A stretch of 64,000 bases of DNA from contig OZ024746.1 of the NCBI GenBank assembly GCA_964016885.1, positions 24,056,001-24,120,000 of the forward strand, given 5' to 3'. Of this stretch, positions 1-13,189 are shown piece by piece (the stretch's first letter is position 1; the number at the start of each line of letters is the position of its first letter). The stretch is from Eledone cirrhosa. Taxonomy: Eukaryota. A program made the translations under genes and the position numbers. The notes under the pieces were generated by a model. The model was not told the DNA's origin, ran no database searches, and was given only the letters and a program-made list of their open reading frames with translations.

Positions 1-19
1 AAATTAAAAATAAATAAAT

Positions 20-735
20 GATGGTTTCCAATTTAGGCATAAAGCCAGCAATTTGGAGAGAGGGGAAAAGTTGATTAAACAGACCCTAGTATTTTACTGG
101 TACTTTAATTCATTGAACTTGGCAGTATGAAAGGCAAAATTGACCTCAGCGGGATTTGAACTCAGAATGCTAAGAACCAGAACAAACACTTCAAAGCATT
201 TTCTGATGGTGAGAGAGGTGCACTGGGTGATTCAGTAGAATCTTGCTTGAAACTGTCTTAGAGATAATAATAGTTTCTGATTTAGGCACAAGGCCAGCAA
301 TTTTGGGGGAGGGGAAAGTTGATTTTGATAAAATAAAGTATCAGTGCCTTTCTGGTAAATTATTTCATCAACCCCACTAAGGATGATGGGCAAAGCTAAT
401 CTCAGCCGGATTTTAACTCAGAACATAAAGGGATATAACTATATGCCCACAAAGCATGTCCGAAGTTCTACCGATACTGCCAATCCACTGCCCTTGACTT
501 GGAGATGATGATAATAATAATAATAATAATGGCTTATAACTTAGGCACAAGGCCAATAAATATGGGGGTGGAAGGTAAAGTCAATTAAATTGACACCAAT
601 ATTTGACTGGTACTTGGTTTTTTATCAACCCCATAAGAATGAAAGGCAAAGTTGACCTCGACGAGATTTGAATTCAGAATTTAAAGAGCGGGAACAAATA
701 GCACAAAACTTCCGTCCAATGCTCTACCGATTCTA
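20..735 (-). mobile_element. Three tandem copies of tRNA-derived SINE family 1 just downstream of the SLC22 stop codon
   Basis: Each copy has the reverse complement of the B-box (GGATTTGAACTC) and the family motifs TGAAAGGCAAAG and TTAGGCACAAGGCC. Confidence 0.8.
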
Positions 736-816
736 ATAATAACAACAATAACAGCAACACCAGTGAAATTTCATGAAGAATGGAATGATATTAAAATGGA
801 AATGGCCTGGAACCAA

Positions 817-1134
817 TCAAAGTTCAGTTGTTGTCAAAGCAGAGCCGTTTGCATTCGATGGTAATGTATTTGTACCTGGCGGTAGGATAGCAGTCGTTGT
901 ACCATTGGTGGTGCCGGTACCATTTACAATGGTGCTGTTCTGCAGGGGGGTGTCTTGTGGCTCATCGACGATGATTACTGGAATATTGTAGACTGGTTTG
1001 GTGACATCAAGATCATCAATGTTGTCGGGAAATTTCTTGTCTTTTGTTTCAGGTAACAGCAGTGAAAGACCACCAATGATGAAGGAGAGAACTCCGAGGA
1101 ACAGGAACGGCATCAGTGGGTGGACATATTTGTG
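817..1134 (-). CDS. SLC22 coding exon 9 (TM12, LPETK motif, C-terminal tail, stop)
   Basis: ggcag|CAC, in frame with ORF 817..1113; ends ...LTTTEL*. Confidence 0.93.
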   Translation of the reverse strand, partial: HKYVHPLMPFLFLGVLSFIIGGLSLLLPETKDKKFPDNIDDLDVTKPVYNIPVIIVDEPQDTPLQNSTIVNGTGTTNGTTTAILPPGTNTLPSNANGSALTTTEL

Positions 1135-2191
1135 CTGCCAGATTAAAGAGAAAAGAATAAAAATGTTTGTTTATTTCTTTTTTTTAATTTACTTTTTATT
1201 TTATTTCATTTAATTTGATAAGATATATGGATGTGTGAGAGGAACAGATATGTAAGGAGCCTATCTCCTTATCTATAGCCTATATTGAAATAGGAATGTT
1301 ATATAACAACTTTATTACTTAAGATGCTCTCTGATGAAGTTGTGTTGGTGTTTGCATATTCACTGCATTTTGTAATCATGACTGCCATAGAAATATGTAT
1401 TATGGAAAATTCTGAATAAAATGAGTCATGAATTTCTACATCTGGCTTTCTCAATTATCATTATTGTATTTATACTTTGTCATGGACTTCCAAATTGCAT
1501 TTAGAAGGATAGACATGTCGTTGAATGCTTGAATCTAATTGTATTATCGTTTTCTGATTGGAGTGTTGTATACACAGCCTTGTTGGTCAACATCTTATAA
1601 CATAAGTATATATATATGAGGTGGAACATTTTAAGTCTGCACCTGCCAGTGTACTACCGATCCCCATCCCCTCACACTTATCCCTGTTTCTTCCTATCTT
1701 CCCTGTCCAACACAAGCCAGTATGGAAAGCTTGAGCAGAACTTCTTTGATTCACTTCCTTTGCCCAACTGATGTACCCCCACTCATACTCTTCCTCGTAC
1801 AACCCATGTAAGAATGGAAAGCTAGGGCAGATCTTCTTTGATTAAACCATGACCACCCACTTCAAACTCACATCCATGACTCATCTTTCCTGTCCAACAT
1901 AGAAATCCAGGCACATTTCATAATATATCAGACACCAGCTCAGAGTTGCTGAAGCATGGAACAAACTGCCTGCGTCAGTTGTTAGCTGCCGAGACACTGC
2001 ATCCTTTAAGACACTCATGCTTCCCGAAATACACCAAAACTACACCTGATGTACCCCTTCCATACACATGCACACATGTGTGTATCATGACTCGTGCACT
2101 GTTCATTTTCCTGATGTTTGTGCATTGCCCTATGTACTGTACATGCACTTTTTGATGAGTTGTGGTGCACCTGGGCACTGTACACATTATT

Positions 2192-2224
<33 letters not shown>

Positions 2225-3131
2225 CATGACTCATACACTGTTCATTTTCCTGACATTTGTACATTATTCTATGTACTATACATGCACCTTTGATGAGTTG
2301 TAGTGCACCTGAGCTCTGTACACAATAATTTTATTATTATTATTATAAGCATTTGCTTCAGGGTCACATCCATAATCCGGCACTTCCATCTTCAGTGATA
2401 GGATGTTTCCTTCACCCCACCTTGGTACTTCCCTTTCCCACAGTGAGCTGTCTCTCTTCCACCTCCAGGATGTAACTTTATGCTGTAAAACATGTTATCT
2501 AATGCTTTACTGATACTAAAAGTTCATCACCCTATATAATAAATCAAAATAATAAAAGTTGAAAAAGTACTTACTAAGAGAGTTATCTGGGGAGATAAGA
2601 TGCCACCAATACGACCCCACACTAGACATGTACCGAGTCCTATGTTTCTGAAAGAACAAGAAACAACACATTTACTAGTTAGTCATGCATATATCGATAA
2701 AAGTTGCTTGTGTATCATAGATATATTTCTGAACACATACACATACACAATTGTAGAATTTATTTTAAAGATATGCAAAATAATTCCGAAAATAAACAAA
2801 AATAATATATCACCATCATCATCATTACATCCACTTTTCCACACTTGAAGATATATATATATAAAACAGAGTGGTTCCAATCTGTTGCACAAACTGGCAT
2901 CACAGATGCATGAAATTGAACAGAAAGCAAGGTGGTTGATGAGGTAATGTTTTTGTCTGTTCATATGTAGCTGTCTGCATTTTTTGCTGATACTATATAT
3001 ATATATATATATAGATATATATACATACACACACACACATATATATATATATACATATATACATATATTATTAATACAAATTAAAAGTTTAAGCCCAAAA
3101 CCTCTTCTTTCACTTTAAGTAGGATCATCTG

Positions 3132-3178
<47 letters not shown>

Positions 3179-3666
3179 TGTATATCATCATCATCATCAT
3201 CATCGTTTAACGTCCGTGTTCCACGCTTGCATAGGTTTGGACGGGGGTTTTCCCACTTGAGGCAAGAGTGATTGTCTTGCTCGCATAGGACTGTCTGGCG
3301 GGTTTTCTACAGCTGGATGCCCTTCCTAACACCAACCACATTTACAGTGTGGGGCCGGGAGGTTTTTACCGTGTTGCCTACACGGCCACATTACAGCGTG
3401 GACTGTGTGTTTTTTTGTCGTGACACCTACACGATCTCATTTGTTTTGGCCTGGATGTTGTGGCACCAACATAACTTTACATTGAAAGGGGCGGTGTGGG
3501 TGGGGTGGGGGTGGTGGGACGGGGTGTATTTTGTTAGAGATGCCTACTGACTGTAGTAGGTTTTACTTTGTATTTAGGTAAGGCGGGTCTTCTCTATTAC
3601 TGAGTACCGCCAAAGGTCTCGGTCCAGTGACATTGTCTTGGAGAGGTGTAAGTGTGTGAGGTCGGA

Positions 3667-3737
<71 letters not shown>

Positions 3738-4450
3738 AAAGTTCTATTTAAATTGTTGGGATACAACAAGCAAATATTTTTATAACTGATATAAAGCACT
3801 CAACAAATATTTGGAGTAAAAATACGATATTAACAAATGGAAACTATATTTATAAAACCATATTTATTTCATTATACATATTTCAAGGACACCAAGTTAA
3901 ATTATGGTGTGCTTTCATCAGATAAAATATAATATAGATCAGTTTTATAAATAAATATTGACATACCCTTAAAGAATGCAACCATTGCTGTTGGAAGCTC
4001 CCGGATAGTGGAGTTGTAGCTTTAATTATATTATTAGTATTGGATATTTTTATTTTTAAAATAAGCCGTTGGGTTACGGAGAAAGAGAAAGATAGAGAAG
4101 GAGAGAGAAAGAAAGAGAGAGAGAGAGAAAGACCAGAACAACAGAGAGAGAGAGGAGACAGAGAAAAGGGGAGAGAACGAAAAACTCTAAGTCATATCTT
4201 GTTGAGTTAACTCATTTTAAAAATAAAAATATCCAATACTAATAATATAATTAAAGCTACAACTCCACTATCCGGGAGCTTCCAACAGCAATGGTTGCAT
4301 TCTTTAAGGGTATGTCAATATTTATTTATAAAACTGATCTATATTATATTTTATCTGATGAAAGCACACCATAATTTAACTTGGTGTCCTTGAAATATGT
4401 ATAATGAAATAAATATGGTTTTATAAATATAGTTTCCATTTGTTAATATC

Positions 4451-4507
<57 letters not shown>

Positions 4508-5804
4508 AGTAAGTAGGTAGGTATAATCCCTACCATTCTATATTTTGCTATAGCTAATGTTCTATATTCTGCTATACCAACCATTCTATATTCTGTAATA
4601 CCTACCATTCTACAGAATTTTATATCTGCTGCTCTTCATCTAGAACTATCTTTCTATATCTATCATTCCCATCAAATTACAATTTTTATCAATCAACTCC
4701 TTACAAAAAAGAATGGAGTCGATCATCAGATTGGATCAGAGAAACAACGTTTACATTGATCTTTCCATTGCTTATACCATTTGTTGGTCACAACTCACTG
4801 GCAGAAGGAGGCAGGATTTGAGTCATAATCAATGCACAGAGCCGGATCAGATACTGCAAAGCATTCCATCTGACTCGCTAACAATTCCATCAATCCACTG
4901 TCCCAGGACTGGTACTTTATTTATCTACCTTGAAAGGATGAAAGGCAAAGTTGACCCATGATGGCATTTGAACACAGAGTGCAGAGCCAAAATAAATACC
5001 GAGGCCTTTAATGCAATACTCTAACAACTCGGCTGGTCTCGCTTTGTTCCAGCTGGATCAACTAGAGATGGTTGCTTCTGACAGGATCCACTGGAAGAAG
5101 TGTTTGAGGAATTTCCCTCCACAACCCTTTCAGGAATAAGTGGGTGAAGAAGAAGTTCTAACAACCCTGCCAATTTGTTGATTCTATCACAAACAGCTGC
5201 TAGTCTATAGGCTTCATCCTATTGGCACCACTATATAGATTATTTCTCATACTTACTATAAATGCTCAACCCATTCTACATAATTTATCTATTTATCTGT
5301 CTGTCCTCGCCACTTTCCTCCTTTATCACTCTTTCTCTCATACACACATTCCTTCTGAAAATAGTCACAAGCATGGCTGAGCATTTCAGTTTCCTTCACA
5401 GCAATATAATCCCAAAGATATTTCTATCTATAAAAATATAAGATGTTAATAAACCTGACAGTTATGGTTTTGGTCAGACATGCACAACATATATGATTAT
5501 TACCTCTTTCTGTTCTCTCTCCCTCTCGTCAAAATATACATACATAATATATATACACTAACACAAACATATCAATTCAATCATGTTTTACTAATAATAT
5601 TTTTTGAAGAATACTACATCATTTTCTTATATATATCAGCATCATCATCATTATTACCATTTAACATCTGTTTTATATATATAACAATATATTACAGGTT
5701 ATTGGAATTTAAGTGGCAGTAAGTTTTTAAAAAAAATTACTTGAGGATATTTATGTGCAATATATCCAAACTGAATATTTATGTGTATTATATATGTATG
5801 TATA

Positions 5805-5836
<32 letters not shown>

Positions 5837-7877
5837 CACACATATACATATATATATAATTTGTTGTTGTTTTGTATTTTACTTATCCCAAATTGTATAT
5901 AAATCTGAGGAATACTGGATTACATTGCAAAGATGTTTTACATTTATTTCACTCCAGTGAAATTTCAACATACAATATAAAGCTTATGACTCCAGTATTT
6001 GTAACTGAAAGTAGTAAATATCAGTTCAAAGTGAGATTAAGGATTTCAAAGTGAGACGCCCATTGCAATCTCCCTCCACCTGCTAAGGTCACAATGACCT
6101 CAGTAGTAGTAGTAGGGCTCATGTCCAATTAAATACACCCAGTACACTCTGTAAAGTGGTACCTCTGATGCCATGATAAAATTCAGCCAGTACACTCTGT
6201 AAACTGGTATTGCTGGTGTCATAATTACATACACCCAGTACACTCTGTAAAGTGGTAATGTGTTGGTGGCATAATAAAATGCATTCATTACACTCAGCAA
6301 CGCCCCCCCCCCCACCAAAAAACAAAACACATGCACAATGACAAATACATACACACATACACAGCTGTGCTAAAATTTCAAGGCTGATTCTTCATGTGAG
6401 AAAAAAAACAATACAAAAAATAAATCCTATTTTCCCCAAGATCGACAAACTCTTGTTTCACATGATGAAGATGGATCTCAGTGTTCCAGTTGTTTAGTCA
6501 ATGGAACTGCCTGCTCATGAAATTAAAGTGAAAGTGGCTGAACATTCCATAGAAATATGTATCCTTAATGTAATTCTTAAGAAACTTCAGTGTGAGACAG
6601 GGTAGATTAAGGGTAGAGTCCATCTGACAAGTTTCTGAACAGTTTCTTTCTTTCTACAGAATTTCCCTCACAAAACTAGGGTCAACCTGGGGCTATAATA
6701 AAACAAAACTAGGGTCAACCTGGAGCTATAATAAAAAACACCCACTGGGACCAAACCTGAAACCCTATTATTGTAAAGCAAAACTTATTAGCAATTAACA
6801 AGGTATCATTCACAACCTGATAGCATAATAAATGAAGAAACTCTCTGATAGTAAAACACTTGTTATACGAAGATGAAATAAAGAAAAAATGAAATTATCA
6901 GCTCACACTTATGCAAGTTTAATTGGCCTCCTATAGAGAAGCTTTCTTGTATCACAGAGAAGCTTTCTTTGGTGTTTTAATGATAGGGACCCTAGCCCTA
7001 TTATGAAAAGCAACATGAAATGAAGCATCTTGCTCAAGAACACAATGCACTGCCAAGTCCAGGTATCAGACCCATGGCCTTATGATCTAGTGTCTAACAC
7101 CCTAACCATTAGGCCATATTGTTATCTGGAGAATGTGGAATATGGAAACAGAATTAGGCAGCCAGCCATAAAACATTGTCTTTATGGTAATGGAAATATT
7201 TATAGAAGAAGTATTGTATTCTTTCAGAAACAGAATTTTATTGAAAATCACAATCTGTTTACAAATGGAGAAATAATAATAAAAAATAATAATAGAATAA
7301 TAAAAAAGATCAAGATTTGGAGAAAATTTAGTTGTAAAAGATCATGAGAAGGTCAGACTTGTAAAAGACATATATAGCAATCCTTTCAATTGATTAACGG
7401 CAGGCAATAACAATTTGTTAATGAAAATATTAATTCTGAATAATATTTATTATTTCAAAATAGTAAAACAAAAGAAAAAAAACAAACTTTGTGATGTTAA
7501 TCACGAAGATATATCAACATTTCTAACTTCTTTCTAGCTAGACAGCAAATTGGCAGAGCTGTTATACCTCCAGACAAAAGTCTTGCATATTCTACATACT
7601 TCAGATAATCACCTTTCTCTCACAAGAAGAAGAACAAAGAGTATTGCAGGACATCATGATATGCTTTTCCATTTTGCCCAATACTCAACATGCCTCTCCT
7701 CATCAACCACCCTGACTTTCATTTCCTCCCACCCACCATTGTTATGGGTTGAGAGAGAAGAAACAGAAAGGCACAGTCACAGTTAACAGAATTTGAAATT
7801 AGAGTACAGAGAGCCACATCACTAATGCCTGACATTCTCTCTGATGCTCTCTAACGACTTTAACTTTATACATACAT

Positions 7878-7920
<43 letters not shown>

Positions 7921-10900
7921 CAAAATATTAATAAATGGAGACATTCACGTAATCAAAATATATGTTTTATTAAATATATTTCGGAGGTACTGCGCTGTTT
8001 TTTTCAGTACGTCCTCATCAGATGAAATACATAAATTGATGTATGACATACCTCAACTGTGCTGATGGTTCAATTCCAGTCTTGGCAGTGACTGGAATTG
8101 AACCATCAGCACAGTTGAGGTATGTCATACATCAATTTATGTATTTCATCTGATGAGGACGTACTGAAAAAACAGCACAGTACCTCTGAAATATATATAA
8201 TAAAACATATATTTTGATTACATGAATGTCTCCATTTATTAATATTTTGAATAATATTAATAACTCCAGAAAACTTCTTTGTTGAGTGCTTTTAATCTAT
8301 TGTAAAACTATATTCATTGAATAATCAATGAACCTTGTTTAACATTTGGGTATATATATATTTGAAAAGGGAAGTAAGGTTCCATACAAAACAGTGGTTA
8401 TAGAGAAAAGGAGAAATTGGAAATAGCTCGGAAAATATATTTAAGGGTCTGTTTTACTTTTTTTTCCCCTTCTTTGATTCATCAAAGTGGCATTATTGAA
8501 AAAATGAGAGGGACAATTCTTTTAAAAAAGAGTTTTATAATGTATATAAAGTATTACCGGTTTCGATGTATTAGTAAAATTCATCTTATCAAACGTTGAG
8601 TATTACAATTAAAAAGAATTAATAAGGATTAAAAACTAAAAATTAAAGATTTAAAATTAAGTGTTGAGGTAAGTTTTTTCATCTTCCTTCTTAAGAAGGA
8701 GACTGTAAAATGAACTCTTGTGTATAGGGAGAGAGGTGGTAGTAGCAGCAGCATATATCTACGGAGATTGCATAATATTTCCTGATATTACGCAATCCTC
8801 TGCATACAGTCATCATCATAATCATCACCGTTTTACGTCCGTTCTTCCACGCTAGCATGGGTTAGACGGGTTGTCCTGTTGTGGGCAGTGTCTGGTCGGC
8901 TGACCATGCCTTGCTCATACAGGAACTGATCTGGCTTGATTTCTACAGCTGGATGCCCTTCCTAACACCAACCTCATTTACAGTGAGTGCTGGGTGCTTT
9001 TTCGTGGCGCCTACACGTCCACTTTACAGTGTGGGCTGGGTGCTTTTTTGCCATGGCACCTCCACGACCACCTTGCGGTGGGGGGGGGGGGCATATCGTT
9101 TATATGCTTCAGCATGTACCCATGGGAGGTCGGGTACCCTGTATTACTGCGTGACGCCAGAAGTCACGGTCGTGTGTCATTGACTTTGAGAGGTGTAGTT
9201 GGGTAAGGTCGGCTTTTATCACCTCATCCCAAGTCATCTTGGGTCTCCCCACTCCGCGGTTTCCATCAACTTCTAGTGCTCTGCACCTTTTTATGCAGCT
9301 GTCATCCTTCATACGCATCACATGTCCATACCAGCGTAACCGCCTCTCCTGCACGCAGCATTTGATTCCTCTTATGCTCAGTCTCTCTCTCAATTCATTT
9401 ATGCTTTGTCGTTCACGTATATTACTGTTACACATCCATCGGAGCATGCAGGCTTCGTTTCTCTCTAATCTACGTAAGTCTTCCACCTTCAGCGCCCAGG
9501 TCTCACTACCATGCAACATCGCTGTTCGGATACACGCATCATACAGTCTGCCTTTCATTCTGAGGGAGAAGCCTTTTGCAGCTAGCAGTGGTAGTAGTTC
9601 CCTAAACTTCTTCCATCCCGTTCTTACCCTAGTTATTGTACTTTCTGAGCACCCACCTCCGTTGCTAATTCGGTCACCTAGGTAGCAGAAGCTGTCTACT
9701 GTTTCTACAGGGCCCTCCCAGAGATTGGTGGTACTTGTTTCCTGTGGCTGTTTGCTTGCTGTTTCAGCACAGCTGCTGCATGTGAATCCTACATTCTTAA
9801 TTAAGCTTCCTGAGATCCCGCTACATCTCTTGTGTACCCATTGTTTGCATTTGGGGCAAAGAATGGAGTTCCTACCTACACCTTTCCTACATACTGAGCA
9901 AGGCCATTTCCCTGAGGGGATCTGGGTTCTGTTTTCTCGTCTACTTATAAGGACCTTAGTCTTTGTCATGTTGACTTTGAGGCCCTTTCTCTCTAGTCCC
10001 TGCTTCCAGGTTTGGAATTTATTCTCTAGTTCTACCATAGATTCAGCTATGAGTGCGAGGTCATCAGCATACAGGAGTTCCCATGGGCATCCGGTCTTAA
10101 ACTCCTCCGTTATTGCCTGCAGGACTATGATGAACAGGAGAGGGCTAAGAACAGAGCCCTGGTGGACCCCAACCTGTACGCTAAATTCCTCGCTATACTC
10201 ATTGCCAATCCTAACTTTGCTGACTGCTCCCCTATACATGGCTTGTACCGCTTTCACAAGCCATTCATCTACTCCTAGTTTTCTAAGAGCCCACCAGATT
10301 ACTGCACGTGGAACTCTGTCAAAGGCTTTCTCAAGGTCGACAAATGCCAAGTAGAGTGGCTTACTTTTAGCTAGGTACTTTTCCTGTAATTGCCTCACAA
10401 GGAAGAGCGCATCAGTGGTGCCTTTCCCTGGAACAAACCCAAATTGCATCTCGTCTATATTCACCCGGTCCCTAATCAGCTGTGCTATAACTCTTTCTGT
10501 TACTTTCATTTAATAACTGTTATAGGTAGAAGATTGCAACAAAATGGAATTCTGTCCAGGAGATCTTTGGAACATACTGGCTGCATTTTTTCTTGGCACC
10601 AACACTACCACTTTACAGAGTGTACTGGGTGTGGTTTGTGTGGTAATAATGAATGTGTCAACAACAACAACTGTTTCATGACTTACCTGACAACGGTAGG
10701 AAATAACTCTGAAGTGTAGACAAACAAGGTACTCATCAGTCCAGCATAGGCACACCGGCCAAGGATGAAGAAACAAGTGGAGAAAATGTCTGTAGAAAGA
10801 GAAAGATAATTATATTGTCCAGATTCATCAATACTACGACCACCACCACTACCACTACCACCACCATCATAATTATCACTTCCCCATCACGACCACAACC

Positions 10901-13132
10901 ATCACCTGACTCACTGCCACCATCATAATAAACATCATCTCCCCACCACTACCACCACAACTATCATCACCATCACCTTAATCCCCACCACCACCACCAC
11001 CATCATCATCATCTCCCCACTATCACCACCACAATCACTACAATCAGCATCACTATCATCATCACAACCATCACAATAACCACCATTGCTGTCTCCACCC
11101 CCAGCATCATCATCATCAGCAGCAGAATCGTCATCATCAATCATCAAATCCTAGTACCAACTCCACCCTACCACAACCACTTCCATCATCATTTCGCTTC
11201 TGTTTTCCATACTGGTGTTGGTTGAATGGGTTGTTGGACTGGATGCTTTTTCTCGTGTCATCCACAGGATCACCTTACTGGGTGGGCTGGGTGCTCTTTG
11301 TCATGTTAACAACATGATCACTTTACAGAGTAGACTAGGTGCTTATTTGTTTTGTCACCAGCATGACCACTTTACAGGGCTAATAATGACGAAAATAATG
11401 GTCCCTAATTTAGGCACAAGGCCAGCAATTTGATGGGAGGAAGGCAATTAAATTGACCTCAATACTTGATTGGTACTTTGTGAGAAGGTATACACCATCC
11501 TGTACTTACTTTGGACTGATGGTATGAGTTGTGCAGTTATGCAGCAGGAACCACCAATTATCAAACACCCTATCACAATGAATTTTCGTGGTAACCTATA
11601 AAAGATTAATTAAGAGAGGGTACAACAACAACAACAACAACAACAATAAAAATGGTTTCTGATTTAGGCACAAGGCCAACAATTTTTAGGGAAAGGAAAG
11701 TCAATTAGATTGACCCCAGTGTGTTACTGGTACTTTATTTTATCAATCCCGCAAGGATGAAAAGCAAAGCTAGCTCCAGTGGGATTTGAAATCAGAACAT
11801 AAAGGGCTATAACTATATACCATAAAGCATGTTGTTTGTTGCTCTACCAATATTGCTAATCCATCACCCTTTAATAATAATAATAAAATAATAATTGTTT
11901 CTACTTTAGGCACAAGGCCAGCAATTACCCAGTACATTACTGGTACTTTATTTTATCGACCCCGTAAGGATGAAAGGCAAAGTCAACCTCGGTGGGATTT
12001 GAACTCAGACCATAAAGGGACGTAACTATGCTGGAAAGCATGGCGTCCGACCCTCTACCGATACTGCCAATCCACCGCCCTAATAATAAAATAATAATGA
12101 TTCTTTTATTGGCCACAAGAGCCCAAGATATTGGGGACAATATAAGGACAAAAACAACACAGAGTGGGGTTTACATCAAATGAAAGAAAGAGGACATCAC
12201 CGAAGAGAAAACAAGAGGGATAGCAATAATGGAATTTGTAATAAATAATTGTTTCTACTTTTGGTACAAGGCCAGCAATTACCCCAGTGAATTACTGGTG
12301 CTTTATTTTATTGAATTCGTAAGGATGAAAGGCAAAGTTAACCTTGGCGGGATTTTGAACTCAGATCGCAAAGGGCCGTAGCTCCATGCTGCAAAGCATC
12401 ACATTCAACCCTCCACCAATACTACCAATCCACCGCCTATTTGTCTGTAATTTGTAATAAATAATAATAACAATAGAAAACAATAAAAATAATCAATGAC
12501 AACAAGGACCAGTTCCTTAATAGTGGGGGAGAGTGTCTGTAATTTAGGGTAATTCCAGGGAGAACCCTACACAAAACCCCAGGTTTCTTTGTTGCCTGAT
12601 GGGCACTGAAAGTACCGTCTCCCAGTTCCCTTCCTCCTACTTAGGAAACAATTGTCAAAGTATGCCTGTTCAGTCATGTCAATCTCACTGCTCTCTCTCA
12701 CCCATCTTTCGTAAAACCCTCTAGATGGCACCACCACCCCTCTCTGCCCTCACCCTAAGAGTTATTTCTTTAATGCGAAATATGGAGGATGTGTTGTCCA
12801 TGATGATTTCTAATTTAGGGGCGGGGGGAGAGTTGATTGTACTGACCTATGTACTGGACAGGTACTTCATTTTATTGTAGGGAGAAAGAGAAAGAGGAGG
12901 AAGTAAAATAATTGAAACCGGAAAAAAAAGGGAAAAAGAATGATTTTAGGTTGGAGGATATGTAGATGAAGAGGAAGGAGAGGAAAACTACGAAGAAAGC
13001 ATGAAAAGAAATGGAAAAAAGAATTGAAAAAAAAAAAAAAATGAAAAAGATTCTTTGAGAAGGACAGAAAGGGAGAGGAGAGAGAGGGAGTGGAGTGAAA
13101 GAGACAGAAAGACAGAGAGGAGAAAGGGGGAG

Positions 13133-13189
<57 letters not shown>

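Larger units (their letters stand above)
3735..4453. mobile_element. Fold-back element A with hammerhead motif (Penelope-like or retrozyme-type), inside a (TA)n tract
   Basis: 237-bp inverted arms 3826-4062 and 4214-4450, identical by eye; 151-bp GA-rich spacer; tail 3735-3825; (TA)n on both sides. Confidence 0.8.
7913..8350. mobile_element. Fold-back element B with hammerhead motif, next to (TA)n
   Basis: Arms 7913-8081 and 8090-8257 (about 4 substitutions and 1 indel), 8-nt loop; tail 8258-8350 contains TTTGTTGAGTGCTTT as in element A. Confidence 0.8.

Noticed and set aside
9239-10354. Plus-strand ORFs of 148 and 209 aa
   Set aside because: Antisense shadows of the RTE ORF.
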